From: an uncultured Fibrobacteraceae bacterium
GTDB taxonomy: Bacteria > Krumholzibacteriota > Krumholzibacteriia > LZORAL124-64-63
Length of the DNA stretch: 64,000 nt
Assembly: GCA_964389015.1 (NCBI GenBank)
Contig: CAYMCR010000003.1
Coordinates: 43,604 to 107,603 of the forward strand
Direction: 5' to 3'
Position numbers and translations under genes: made by a program. Below the pieces are notes generated by a model that worked only from the letters and a program-made list of their open reading frames with translations, was not told the origin of the DNA and did not search any database. This document shows, one piece after another, positions 39,583-49,640 of the stretch (positions are counted from its first letter, which is position 1; each line of letters begins with the position of its first letter).

Positions 39583-40215
39583 ATGACGACGGCAACCTAC
39601 AAAGCCAGCTCGGCCAACGAACTATTCAAGGCGCAGTACAACAAGTACATCCGCTGGGCTTTGCTTGCGGCGTTACTGTTCACGATCGCGTTCTTCCTGT
39701 TCTCGCCCAAGTACAAGCCGAATCCCTACAAGATCTACGACGAAGTGATGGAAATGGTCGAGGTCATGGACCAGATAGATATTCCGGACATCCCCCAGGA
39801 GACGCCCAAACCGCAGGTGGCCGTCGAGGCTGCGCCCGATGACATGGTGGATGATGAGGTGGAAGTGGCGGACTCGCTGCTCGACCCGGATGAAATCATC
39901 GACATCGGCATGGGCTATGATGACACCGGCGGTGATTTCGTGGTGTCGCAGGACAAGCCGGTGTTGATCACCTACGCCCCGCCCGAATACCCCGAGATCG
40001 CCAGGGCTTCGCATCTGGAGGGCACGGTGCTGGTCAAGGTGCAGGTGGGCACCGACGGCACGGTCCTGCAGGCCGTGGTCATCAAGTCGGTGCACCCGAC
40101 CCTGGACCGCGAGGCCGTCAAGGCCGCGCGCCGCTGCAAGTTCAAGCCGGGCAGACAGCGCAACATCCCGGTCAAGGCGTGGATGGCCATTCCCTTCGCC
40201 TTCAGACTCAACTGA
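39583..40215 (+). CDS. tonB: Energy transducer TonB
   Basis: One N-terminal TM, Pro/acidic linker, YPEIARASHLEGTVLVKVQVG...FKPGRQRNIPVK...IPFAF C-terminal domain. Confidence 0.92.
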   Translation: MTTATYKASSANELFKAQYNKYIRWALLAALLFTIAFFLFSPKYKPNPYKIYDEVMEMVEVMDQIDIPDIPQETPKPQVAVEAAPDDMVDDEVEVADSLLDPDEIIDIGMGYDDTGGDFVVSQDKPVLITYAPPEYPEIARASHLEGTVLVKVQVGTDGTVLQAVVIKSVHPTLDREAVKAARRCKFKPGRQRNIPVKAWMAIPFAFRLN

Positions 40216-40236
40216 TCCCATGCCCATGACGGTTTT

Positions 40237-40264
40237 GCAGGGCGGGGATGCAACCCCGCCCTGC
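40237..40264 (+). terminator. Hairpin after tonB
   Basis: Perfect 11-bp stem GCAGGGCGGGG/CCCCGCCCTGC. Confidence 0.65.
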
Positions 40265-40404
40265 TTGGTACGTCTATATCTGTCAGGTGAACGGGCGGGT
40301 AGGACGCCGCCGTCACAGCAGGAAGTCTTCCAGAAATGCGTTTGGCAGGGGCGCGGGACTTGATTACAATCCCCGAGGTCCCTTCAATCAAAAGGAGTCC
40401 CGGC

Positions 40405-41790
40405 ATGGTTCGCTTGCAGGAAGCCAACTTCGGTTCAGTGGTCTTGACGTTGGCGGTCTTCACCGCCGTGATCGCGGGTCCCGGCGCCGTGGCGGCGCAG
40501 GCGGAGGCCGGCGTGCCGGTCTACGACCTCTCCCAGTGCATCGACATCGCGCTGGACGGCAGCCGCGCCCTGGCCATCGCCGGTGAGAACACCTTCTTCG
40601 CCAAGCATGGCGTGCGACGGGCGTGGGGAGCGTTCCTGCCTGATCTGACCACCAGTTACACGTGGCAGCGCAGTGAACGGACCGACTTCAACTACGAGAT
40701 TCGCGACCCCAACACGGGCCTCCTGCTGAGCACGCTCGATCTGGAGACCCAGTACAAGGACAAGCGCCTGGCCCTGAACAGCAACTTCAACCTCTTCGGG
40801 GGCTTCGGCAAGTTCGGTGAGCTCAATTCGGCGCGCAACGAGCTGCGCGCGGCGAAGGCCGATTTCACCTACAGCCGGCAGCAGGTGATCCAGACGGTCT
40901 CGGTGGCCTACATCAACCTGCTGCGCAACCAGCGATTGCTGGATGTCGCGGAAGAGGCGCGAGACTTGGCCGGTCGGGAGCTGGAGAAGGCCGAAACCTA
41001 TTACCGGATCGGCAGCGCCGCCAAGAGCGACGTCCTGCAGGCGAAGGTACGGCTGGAACAGACGCGCCTGGACGAGATCCGCGCGCGCAACGCCGTCGCC
41101 CAGTCTTTCGCGGACCTGGCTCACGCCATGAATCGTCCGCTGCTGGATCGCTTCGAGGTGGATTCATCCTTGCTGGATGCCGAGTTCGACGTTGAGCCGC
41201 TGGATGCGCTCTTTGCCGAAGCTCTACAACAGCGCCCCGACCTCCAGAGCAGCGCCTTCACGCTGGCCGCCCGCAAAGGCGACGTGGTGTCGGCCAGCTC
41301 GCAACTGTGGCCGCAACTGAACCTCTTCGGCAGCTACTCACGTTCGGAGAACGAATCGGAGTTCCGCTTCGGTGCCCAGGAATCGGACGCCGTCAGCTGG
41401 GGCTACCAGGTCTCCTGGAACGTCTTCGACCGCTTCCAGACGTTATCTGGACGCTCACAGGCCAAGGCGCGCCAGCGCATCGCCGAGTATAACCTGGACC
41501 AGGCGCGTCTTGACGTGCAGCTCGAGGTTCGGCAGCTGTACAACAGCCTGATCGAAGCGCGGGAACGTATCTCCTTGAGCCGGGAGACCATCGCCAACGC
41601 CCAGGAGGAATTGCGGCTGGCGCAGGAGCGCTTCAAGGTGGGCGCCGGTACCATGCTCGAACAGATCACCGCCCAGGTTAATCTCTCGCAGGCCCAGAGC
41701 GACGAAGTGCAGGCCATCAGCGATTCGATCATCGCCTCGTTGCAGATGGAACGGGCCGTGGGACGCCCGCTTGATCGGCTGGCCCGATGA
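40405..41790 (+). CDS. TolC-family outer-membrane channel
   Basis: Signal peptide, two OEP repeats (AWGAFLPDL...NLFGGF; QLWPQLNL...WNVFDRF), RFKVGAGT. Confidence 0.9.
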   Translation: MVRLQEANFGSVVLTLAVFTAVIAGPGAVAAQAEAGVPVYDLSQCIDIALDGSRALAIAGENTFFAKHGVRRAWGAFLPDLTTSYTWQRSERTDFNYEIRDPNTGLLLSTLDLETQYKDKRLALNSNFNLFGGFGKFGELNSARNELRAAKADFTYSRQQVIQTVSVAYINLLRNQRLLDVAEEARDLAGRELEKAETYYRIGSAAKSDVLQAKVRLEQTRLDEIRARNAVAQSFADLAHAMNRPLLDRFEVDSSLLDAEFDVEPLDALFAEALQQRPDLQSSAFTLAARKGDVVSASSQLWPQLNLFGSYSRSENESEFRFGAQESDAVSWGYQVSWNVFDRFQTLSGRSQAKARQRIAEYNLDQARLDVQLEVRQLYNSLIEARERISLSRETIANAQEELRLAQERFKVGAGTMLEQITAQVNLSQAQSDEVQAISDSIIASLQMERAVGRPLDRLAR

Positions 41791-42500
41791 TGGATAGCCG
41801 GACCGGCGAGACGATCATCGAAATCTCGAATCTCTCGAAGATCTACCACGTGGGCAACGAAGAGGTCCGGGCGGTGGACGACGTGAGCCTCACGGTCTCC
41901 AGCGGCGAATACGTGGCCGTCATGGGTGCGAGCGGATCGGGCAAGTCCACCCTCATGAACCTGGTCGGCTGCCTGGACACGCCCACCATGGGCACCTACA
42001 GTCTCAACGGCCAGGAGGTGGCCAGTCTCGACGACGACGCGCTGGCCGGGATCCGCAACCGCGAGATCGGCTTCGTGTTCCAGACCTTCAACCTGCTGCC
42101 CCGACTGACTGCCGCGGGCAACGTGGAACTGCCCCTGATCTACGGCGGGGTGGGCCCCGCGGAGCGCAAACGCCGCGTGGCGGAGGCCATGGCGCAGGTC
42201 GCCCTGACCGATCGCGCCGCGCATCGTCCCAACGAGATGAGCGGCGGCCAGCGCCAGCGGGTGGCCATCGCCCGCGCGTTGGTGGGGCAGCCCTCGCTGT
42301 TGCTGGCGGACGAGCCGACCGGCAACCTCGATTCGGCCACCAGCGAAGAGATCATGACCGTGCTCGACGCGCTGCACGAAGCCGGGCACACGATTCTCGT
42401 GGTCACCCACGAGGAGGATATCGCCGCCCACACCAAACGGATCATCCGCCTGAAGGACGGCCGCATTGAAAGCGACCAATCCCGCACGATCGCCCACTGA
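41787..42500 (+). CDS. LolD/MacB-like ABC transporter ATP-binding protein
   Basis: [49 protein letters not shown]. Confidence 0.93.
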   Translation: MMDSRTGETIIEISNLSKIYHVGNEEVRAVDDVSLTVSSGEYVAVMGASGSGKSTLMNLVGCLDTPTMGTYSLNGQEVASLDDDALAGIRNREIGFVFQTFNLLPRLTAAGNVELPLIYGGVGPAERKRRVAEAMAQVALTDRAAHRPNEMSGGQRQRVAIARALVGQPSLLLADEPTGNLDSATSEEIMTVLDALHEAGHTILVVTHEEDIAAHTKRIIRLKDGRIESDQSRTIAH

Positions 42501-43725
42501 ACGCCCGAGCGGGCGCCGGCTGTCGGCGGCCGTGCTGGCGTTGCTGCTCTGCGCCGCCCACGGTCACGCGCGACCGCCGCACCCGAACCAGAAGGCACTC
42601 GAAGCCACGGTGGCCTCGCACTTCGCGGCCGACGGCGCCGTGACCGCGGTGGTGCACGTGTCGCTTCCGTACCGTCATCTGGTCTTCAAGCGCCACGGCG
42701 AGCGGTTTGACTCCACCTTGCAGGTTTCCGTGGTGGCGGAAGCGGGGGGGAAGCGGGTCGGCGGCGGTTTCGCCGCGGTCTCGGCCACCGTGTCGGACTA
42801 CCCGGCCACCCGTTCCGACGAACCCCTCTGGTGCGCCGTGGACGTGCCGCTGTCCGTGCAGGAGAAGGTCGTCCTGCGGCTACGGGCGACCGTGGCCGGC
42901 ACCAACCGCACCTGGGAGCGCGACCTGCGTTTCGACCCTACGGCGGCCGGCGGCGTGCCCTTCCACTTCACCGGCTTCCACTGGAACCTGGGCCTCGGCA
43001 GCGGCACGGACCACATCGTCGGTTCCGGGACGGACACCTTGCAGGTCGTGATCACCCTGGCCGCGCATCCCCTGCGCGACGACGCGTCGTCGCGCGCCGA
43101 CCTGCAGATCCTGGTGCAAAACAACGAGGGCCAGGAGCGGATCCTGGAGAGCGACGTCCTGACCCGCGCGTCCGGGGACACCCTGGTTAAACGGGTGTCG
43201 GTACCCGCGGCGGAGCTGCCCTTCGGGCCGCTGGTCTTCTCGGCGCGCGTCGCCGCGGATGACGGCTCGTCCCTGGAGTTGACGCCAGGACGCGAATTCG
43301 TGAACCTGGCCGTACCCTGGGACGACGAGGCGGCCTGGCGACGACAGGTGGGCTGGCTGGAGATGATCGTCGACGGCGACCGGCGCCGTGTGCTGGCCGG
43401 CACCTCGCCTGCGGGCAGGGCGGCGGCCTGGCGGGAGGTCTGGCGCGAACGACCGACCGACGCCCGTCCCGACGAACGCGAGCATCTGCTGCGCATCGTG
43501 GAGGCGGACCGCCGCTTCGGCCGGTTCGGACGCGGCGCCCTGAGCGATCAGGGACGCATCTTCATCTTTCACGGCGATCCCGACCGCATCGATAGCATGG
43601 AGATGGATGCGTCCTACCCCGGTACCTGGCAGATCTGGTATTATCGCGACCTCGGCCTGCTGTTCCGTTTCTACGACGCCTACAGCATGGGCGATTACCG
43701 TCTCTACGACACGGCTCCGTATTGA
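42466..43725 (+). CDS. Second GWxTD-like domain protein
   Basis: Signal-like N-terminus; C-terminal [14 protein letters not shown]...[17 protein letters not shown]...QIWYY; start uncertain. Confidence 0.72.
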   Translation: MKATNPARSPTERPSGRRLSAAVLALLLCAAHGHARPPHPNQKALEATVASHFAADGAVTAVVHVSLPYRHLVFKRHGERFDSTLQVSVVAEAGGKRVGGGFAAVSATVSDYPATRSDEPLWCAVDVPLSVQEKVVLRLRATVAGTNRTWERDLRFDPTAAGGVPFHFTGFHWNLGLGSGTDHIVGSGTDTLQVVITLAAHPLRDDASSRADLQILVQNNEGQERILESDVLTRASGDTLVKRVSVPAAELPFGPLVFSARVAADDGSSLELTPGREFVNLAVPWDDEAAWRRQVGWLEMIVDGDRRRVLAGTSPAGRAAAWREVWRERPTDARPDEREHLLRIVEADRRFGRFGRGALSDQGRIFIFHGDPDRIDSMEMDASYPGTWQIWYYRDLGLLFRFYDAYSMGDYRLYDTAPY

Positions 43726-43743
43726 GGACCTAGCGAGGATGTC

Positions 43744-44898
43744 ATGAACCTGCTACGCCTGGTATGTCTCGGCGCCGCTCTGCTCTGCTGCGCCACGCCC
43801 GTCTTCGCCACCTCGTCCCGCGTCGAGAGCATGGGCGGTGGCGACGATTACTTCGAGGACATCAACAACGTGCTGCGGTGGTATGGGTCGCTGGCGTCTT
43901 ATGGGGGGACGGCGTTGTTCGAGTTGGGGGAGACATCAGGCTCCAGCGTCGAAAGGCGCGGTGCGACCTTGATCGCAGACCTGACTCGTGGTGGCGGCTG
44001 GGGCACCGCCGGGCTCTTCCTGTTCGGCGATAATCCCGACGAAGTAATCAGGCTGGCTTGGGGCAAGCGCTTCGGTGGAGTCCAGATCGGGCTGCAATGG
44101 AAGCTACGCTGGGAAGCATATCACTGGTATGACCAAAGCTTGGGCGAATCCGGCGTGCTGGATACCGACGATCAGGTTTTCGGCTTGGGAGCACGCTGGG
44201 AACTGGGAGATCGCCTGTTCCTGGATACGGCTGGGGATGTCGCCCAGACGGGCCGACGAGTGGAACTCGCGGACGCAATCGTCGAACCAAATGATTTCAC
44301 CTTGGATACTCTCAGCGGGCGGATGCGTCTGTTTTGGGGCGTTAACGACCGATCGGTGATCGTGCCTCTCTTAGGCTATCGCCGTGACCTACGGAAGGAA
44401 CGGATCGATACATACTGGGATGTCTTTGATCGTGATCGTGACGAATTCATACTGGGTCTGGGTTGGAACCACCTTCCAGACGCAGACACGATGATCGTCG
44501 GCTCGTTCACGTACGGGCTTTCCCACGAGGACTTGGCCAATCCACGGGACGACTCGTCGGAGGTCGACGAGGTGTCAACCACAGCAAACACCTACATTCT
44601 GCGCATGGGCATCGAACGACGCCTCCTGCCCTGGCTGACCTTGCGTGCCGGCGCCATGCAAGTGCTGGAGCATGCAGTGATCTCGACCCTGGATTCCGGC
44701 ATGACCGAACTAGTCCGCCAGGATGACGACAACGAGCACCTGGATGTGAGCCTTGGACTCGCGCTGCACTTTGGTCCCTTCGACGCCGATTTCGCCGTCC
44801 AGGATGAGACGCCGTTCTATTTCGGTTCGATCGTGACGAATGCAGGCAATGGCAGTGATACGACCTGGTCCAAGATCACGCTCCAATACGTCTTCTAG
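43744..44898 (+). CDS. Outer-membrane beta-barrel protein, unknown function
   Basis: Signal peptide, SRVESMGG N-terminus, amphipathic strands, C-terminal ITLQYVF. Confidence 0.72.
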   Translation: MNLLRLVCLGAALLCCATPVFATSSRVESMGGGDDYFEDINNVLRWYGSLASYGGTALFELGETSGSSVERRGATLIADLTRGGGWGTAGLFLFGDNPDEVIRLAWGKRFGGVQIGLQWKLRWEAYHWYDQSLGESGVLDTDDQVFGLGARWELGDRLFLDTAGDVAQTGRRVELADAIVEPNDFTLDTLSGRMRLFWGVNDRSVIVPLLGYRRDLRKERIDTYWDVFDRDRDEFILGLGWNHLPDADTMIVGSFTYGLSHEDLANPRDDSSEVDEVSTTANTYILRMGIERRLLPWLTLRAGAMQVLEHAVISTLDSGMTELVRQDDDNEHLDVSLGLALHFGPFDADFAVQDETPFYFGSIVTNAGNGSDTTWSKITLQYVF

Positions 44899-44957
44899 GG
44901 GGTACGCGCCGGCGGCATCGGTCGCCAGGCGGTGACGCCGAGCACAAAGATGAAACG

Positions 44958-44985
44958 AGGGCGGGACCAATGTCCCGCCCTTTTT
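44958..44985. terminator. Intrinsic terminator ending the envelope locus
   Basis: 10-bp stem AGGGCGGGAC/GTCCCGCCCT followed by T-run. Confidence 0.85.
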
Positions 44986-45006
44986 ACACGTTTAAAATGA
45001 AGCGCC

Positions 45007-46266
45007 TCAATCCCCGCCCAGGAACGCGTCGTGTAAAGGCTGTTGCAACACCGCGCCGTCGTCGGCGCTCACGAGCAGTCGCAACAGGGGGCCGTCGGTC
45101 AGCAGGACGTGATCGACAATGCCGAGGGACGCCAGCAGCTCCTTGATCCGCCCATGGCTCGCCAGCCAGTTGGTCGCGGGGCGTCCCGCCAGGGTGAGAC
45201 AACAGAGGCCGCGCCTGAACCGCAGCGTCGTTTCGTGGGCGGCGGCGGCCGGCGCCAGCTTGTCGTGCAGTGCCGCGGCGGCAGCACTGGGCAGCAGCAC
45301 GCGCCAGACCCGCTCCTCGTCGTCGCGCAGCCACTCGCCGAGGAACAGGTCGGCCCCGCTTGCGGTGACGGCGGTGGCGCGGAGGTCGGCGAAGGCGCCG
45401 GCGTCCCTACTGACGATCTCCAGCAGCGCCACGTCGTCCCGGGCCACCAGGGAGAGGGGCCGGTACCGGCAGTCGTCGTCGGGTGGCGCCGACACGGGAG
45501 GCGCCAGGGGGGCCGCACTCACCAGCGTGCCGGGGGCCTCGTGGAAACTCGAACCGATGAACAGCGGCACATCGTGACGTTGTGCGTACTCCACGGCGCG
45601 GGGGTGGACGACCTCGCAGCCGGCGTCGGCCAGCGTGGCCATCTCCTCGTAGGTGAGTGTGTCGTAGCGGCGTACACCGGACAGACGATGCGGATCGCCG
45701 CTGAAGACGCCGTCGACGTCCTTGAGGATCTCGCAACGCTCGGCGTCGAGGGCCGCGGCCAGGGCGACCGCGGTGGCGTCGCTGCCGCCGCGGCCGAGCG
45801 TGGTGACCTCCCGCTCGCGGCTGACACCCTGGAAGCCGGCCACCACGACGACGTGTCCCGCGGCGAGGGCCTCGCGTACGCGATCGCCCTTCACCTCCAG
45901 GATGCGGGCCTCGGTGTGGCTGTTGTCGGTGATCAGGCCGCACTGGGACCCGGTGAAGGAGATGGCGGAGCAACCGTGGGCCTGCAGGGCCATCGAGAGC
46001 AGGGTCATCGAGATGCGTTCACCGACCGAGAGCAGCATGTCCAGCTCGCGGCGCGGCGGTTCCGGAGAGATGGAGCGGGCCAGGTGCTCGAGCTCGTCGG
46101 TGTGGTGACCCATCGCGCTGACGACTACCACGAGGCGGTATCCCTCTTGCTTCTGGGCCACGAGATCGCCGGCCACCGCGCCGATCCTCTCCACCGAGGC
46201 GATGGACGATCCCCCGTACTTGCGTACGAGAATGGACTGTTCGGCGGGATTACGGGCTGGCGTCAC
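45007..46266 (-). CDS. lysC: Aspartate kinase
   Basis: [51 protein letters not shown]; C-terminal ACT region divergent. Confidence 0.93.
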   Translation of the reverse strand: MTPARNPAEQSILVRKYGGSSIASVERIGAVAGDLVAQKQEGYRLVVVVSAMGHHTDELEHLARSISPEPPRRELDMLLSVGERISMTLLSMALQAHGCSAISFTGSQCGLITDNSHTEARILEVKGDRVREALAAGHVVVVAGFQGVSREREVTTLGRGGSDATAVALAAALDAERCEILKDVDGVFSGDPHRLSGVRRYDTLTYEEMATLADAGCEVVHPRAVEYAQRHDVPLFIGSSFHEAPGTLVSAAPLAPPVSAPPDDDCRYRPLSLVARDDVALLEIVSRDAGAFADLRATAVTASGADLFLGEWLRDDEERVWRVLLPSAAAAALHDKLAPAAAAHETTLRFRRGLCCLTLAGRPATNWLASHGRIKELLASLGIVDHVLLTDGPLLRLLVSADDGAVLQQPLHDAFLGGD

Positions 46267-46362
46267 GGGCGCTCCTTGCAGATGGCGCTACAGGTTGGCG
46301 TAGCATAGGTTGCGGTCAGGATCAGAACAAGCTAAAACGGTCTGTAGCCCTGCGAAAAAGGG

Positions 46363-46391
46363 TTGCTCGGCCCAAATTGCCATGCTAGATT
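46363..46391 (+). promoter_or_regulatory. Putative sigma70 promoter for radC-mre
   Basis: TTGCTC, 17 nt, TAGATT. Confidence 0.5.
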
Positions 46392-46469
46392 GGCGCATCC
46401 TCCCAAGGGGGAGGTAGGGTGTTTAAAACAAATGAGATACGGAAATCGCACCTCGACAGGACGTCGACC

Positions 46470-47153
46470 GTGTGTCCCGTCGGGCCGCCCGACCACTTGG
46501 GTCCGCGCGGCCGGTTATTGCGTCTGGGTCCCAAGGCGCTGTCACCTGGTGAGATTCTTGCTCTCGTCATCGGTGCCGGTGGTGTTGCATCGCCGGCGGT
46601 GACTGCCGAGCGTCTGCTGTCCAGATACGGCTCCTTGACCGCGCTGGCGGGCCTCGATCCGGATCTGCTCTGTCGCGAGAGCGGCGTGGGTCCCGCACGG
46701 GCGTTGCGTCTGACGGCCGCGTTCGAGCTGGGGGCGAGGGTCCGGGACAGGGCCGGCGGGTCCGGTACCGCGGTCAAGCGGCCCGAGGATGCGCTGCCGT
46801 TGCTCGAGGCGGAATTCCGGGGTTGCGACCGCGAGCATTTCCTGTCTCTGCACCTGGATGCCAGGCACCGGGTGACGCGCGTGGAAACGGTCTCGATCGG
46901 TTGCCTGGACGCGTCGATCGTCCATCCGCGCGAGGTGTTCAAGACGGCCGTGGCCCGCGGCGCCGCCGCGGTGATCGTGGCGCATAATCATCCGTCGGGT
47001 TGCGCGGAACCGAGTCGCGACGACTTGGCGCTCACAGCGCGGTTGTCCGACTGCGGACGGTTGCTGGGAATCGAATTGCTGGACCACATCATCGTCGGGC
47101 GCGGCGAATTCACGAGCCTCCGGGAGCATGGTTGGCCCGGCGAGTGTGAATGA
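46470..47153 (+). CDS. radC: RadC/JAB-domain protein
   Basis: GPKALS..E.LA, VHPREVFK, AHNHPSG...PSRDD, LLDHIIVG; precedes mreB as usual; start uncertain. Confidence 0.93.
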   Translation: MCPVGPPDHLGPRGRLLRLGPKALSPGEILALVIGAGGVASPAVTAERLLSRYGSLTALAGLDPDLLCRESGVGPARALRLTAAFELGARVRDRAGGSGTAVKRPEDALPLLEAEFRGCDREHFLSLHLDARHRVTRVETVSIGCLDASIVHPREVFKTAVARGAAAVIVAHNHPSGCAEPSRDDLALTARLSDCGRLLGIELLDHIIVGRGEFTSLREHGWPGECE

Positions 47154-47180
47154 CGCGACGAGTGCGATGCAGGAGGAGCC

Positions 47181-48218
47181 GTGATGTTCTCCAAGCTCAG
47201 TCAGTTCCTGTCCAACGACATTGCCATCGATCTGGGGACGGCCAATACCCTGGTCTACATCAAGGGCAAGGGTATCGTCCTGAACCAGCCTTCGGTGGTG
47301 TCGCTGGACAAGCAGACGGGCAAGGTCTATGCCGTGGGCAGCGAGGCCAAGGCCATGCTCGGCAAGACTCCCGACTCCATCCAGGCCATCCGGCCCCTGA
47401 AGGACGGCGTCATCGCCGACTTCGAGGTCACCGAGTACATGCTGCGCGAGTTCATCCGTCAGGCCCAGAAGAAGCGCCATTTCATCGCGCCGCGTATCGT
47501 GATCTGCGTGCCGTCGGGTATCACCGAGGTGGAGAAGCGTGCGGTGCGGGATTCCGCCAAGCACGCGGGTGCGCGCGACGTGTTCCTGGTGGCGGAGCCC
47601 ATCGCGGCCGCCATCGGCGTCGGACTGCCCGTGGACCAGCCGAGCGGCAACATGATCATCGACATCGGTGGCGGCACCACGGAGATCGCGGTCATCGCCC
47701 TGAACGGCATCGTCTGCGACACGTCCATTCGCGTCGGCGGTGACGAGATGGACGAGGCGATCGTCAACTACATCAAGAAGAACCACAACCTGTTGATTGG
47801 CGATCAGACGGCCGAGCACATCAAGAAGACCATCGGTTCCGCCTTCAAGCTCGAGAACGAGGAGGAGATGGAGGTCAAGGGGCTGGACCAGGTCACGGGC
47901 ATCCCCAAGATCCAGAAGGTCTCCACCCTGGAGATCCGCGAGTCCCTCCAGGAGCCCATCCTGTCGATCGTGGACGCCTTGAAACACGCGCTCGAACAGA
48001 CACCTCCGGAGCTGGCGGCCGACATCAAGGACCGCGGCATCGTCTTGACCGGCGGTGGCGCCATGCTCCGCGGCATGTCCGACTTGCTGCGCGAACATAC
48101 CGATCTGCCCATCAACCTGATGGACGATCCGCTGTTCTGCGTGGTCCTGGGCACGGGCAAGATCCTCGACGATTTCGACAAGTACCGACCCGTGGTGATG
48201 AAGAGCACTCGCGACTAG
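47181..48218 (+). CDS. mreB: Rod shape-determining protein MreB
   Basis: IAIDLGTANT, PLKDGVIADF, DIGGGTTE, GIVLTGGGA. Confidence 0.98.
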   Translation: MMFSKLSQFLSNDIAIDLGTANTLVYIKGKGIVLNQPSVVSLDKQTGKVYAVGSEAKAMLGKTPDSIQAIRPLKDGVIADFEVTEYMLREFIRQAQKKRHFIAPRIVICVPSGITEVEKRAVRDSAKHAGARDVFLVAEPIAAAIGVGLPVDQPSGNMIIDIGGGTTEIAVIALNGIVCDTSIRVGGDEMDEAIVNYIKKNHNLLIGDQTAEHIKKTIGSAFKLENEEEMEVKGLDQVTGIPKIQKVSTLEIRESLQEPILSIVDALKHALEQTPPELAADIKDRGIVLTGGGAMLRGMSDLLREHTDLPINLMDDPLFCVVLGTGKILDDFDKYRPVVMKSTRD

Positions 48219-48267
48219 GCTCGTCCGGATCGCCGGGGCTGGCCACGACCGTCAGAGAGGTAGGCGG

Positions 48268-49152
48268 ATGGCCTCGAATTCGGCATTCCATGCGCCGCGC
48301 GTAGAAAATCTGACGCTGATCATCTGCCTGATCGTATCGACTACTTTGCTGGCCCTACCCCAGGAACAGCGCATATACGTGGCCGATTTTCTCGGCCAGG
48401 TTCTCACGTCCCCCTATCACCGAACGGTGGGGTTCGCACGGGACATCACGCGTGTGCGCCAGGAGAATGACGACCTGCGCGCCGAGATCGCGGCGTTGCA
48501 TCTGCAGCGGCGGTCCGCCACGAATCTGATGCTCAGGGAATGCGACACCCTGCGTCGGGCCCTGGATCTGCTGGACGTGGCGCCCGCGACGCTGGTGCCC
48601 TGCGAGGTGGAACAGCGGCGCGTATCGTCGTTCGCGTCCATGGTCCGCATCAGTGCCACCGATACCGTGCCCTGGGAACGTTATCAACCCGTGATCTCCG
48701 CGGATGGTCTCGTCGGTCGGATCCACACGGTGACCGGGCCCCGGACGGCCTGGGTGGAATTGCTCACTTCCCCGGGCATGGCGGTCAGCTGCGAATTGGA
48801 ACGATCGGGTCTGCCCGGCATCCTGCATTCACGCGGGAGTGATTTCGATCTGGCGCTCATCGGACGGGACGAGGATGTCAGGGTCGGCGACCGCGTTGTC
48901 TCCTCGGACATCGCCATGATCTACGGCGAAGCGGACCACTTCAGCGGGGGCATGCCGCGCGGTCTGCCTGTGGGCGTGGTATCCGGGGTTTCGTCCCCGC
49001 CCGAGCAGCTCTTCAAGTCCGTGCGGGTGGCGCCGGCGTCGTCGTTTACCAGCTTGGATGTCGTTTTCGTGGTCGTTGGCGCCGGCGAGTGGTTCATCTC
49101 GCAGTCGCCGGCACAACAGACCACGGCCCCTGACGACGAGGAGACGCCTTGA
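48268..49152 (+). CDS. mreC: Rod shape-determining protein MreC
   Basis: N-terminal TM, coiled coil, GLVGRI, GDRVVSS, PRGLPVGVV; position in the operon. Confidence 0.9.
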   Translation: MASNSAFHAPRVENLTLIICLIVSTTLLALPQEQRIYVADFLGQVLTSPYHRTVGFARDITRVRQENDDLRAEIAALHLQRRSATNLMLRECDTLRRALDLLDVAPATLVPCEVEQRRVSSFASMVRISATDTVPWERYQPVISADGLVGRIHTVTGPRTAWVELLTSPGMAVSCELERSGLPGILHSRGSDFDLALIGRDEDVRVGDRVVSSDIAMIYGEADHFSGGMPRGLPVGVVSGVSSPPEQLFKSVRVAPASSFTSLDVVFVVVGAGEWFISQSPAQQTTAPDDEETP

Positions 49153-49640
49153 TCCGTTTCCTGCGCATGACCCTGTCGCTGGCCATCCTGGCGCTGGCGG
49201 GCAACGTGCTCGTGGCGCCGCTGCTCGCCCTCGGCGCCATCGCCCCCGATTTCAGTTTGATCGCGCTGGTCATCCTGGCGCTCAGTGAAGGAGCCTTCGC
49301 CGGAACCCTGGGGGGCTTCGCGCTCGGTCTGGTGGCCGATTCGGCCATCCCGAACCTGCTCGGTCTGAATGCGTTCTGCAAATCCCTGGCCGGCTTCCTG
49401 GTCGGACGCGCGCGGTCGCGTCTGGTGATCGGGATGCCGCTGGTGGAAGGCAGTCTCGTGGCTCTCATGGCCCTGGGACACGATGTGCTCTACCTGATCG
49501 GGCAGAGCTGGTTTGCCGAAGGCGCCTTCTTCCGACCGTTGATCACGGTCGTCGTCCCGTCAGCCCTCTATACCGGTCTCGTGTCCGTGCCCCTGATCCG
49601 CCTGGCGGATGCCCTGCGGCTGCTGCGGCGCGAGGAATGA
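49149..49640 (+). CDS. mreD: Rod shape-determining protein MreD
   Basis: Hydrophobic 163 aa, PDFSLI, GFALGLVAD; position in the operon. Confidence 0.88.
   Translation: MIRFLRMTLSLAILALAGNVLVAPLLALGAIAPDFSLIALVILALSEGAFAGTLGGFALGLVADSAIPNLLGLNAFCKSLAGFLVGRARSRLVIGMPLVEGSLVALMALGHDVLYLIGQSWFAEGAFFRPLITVVVPSALYTGLVSVPLIRLADALRLLRREE

Noticed and set aside
46470-47153. radC as a mobile-element marker
   Set aside because: Full-length form in its usual position ahead of mreBCD, with no mobile genes nearby
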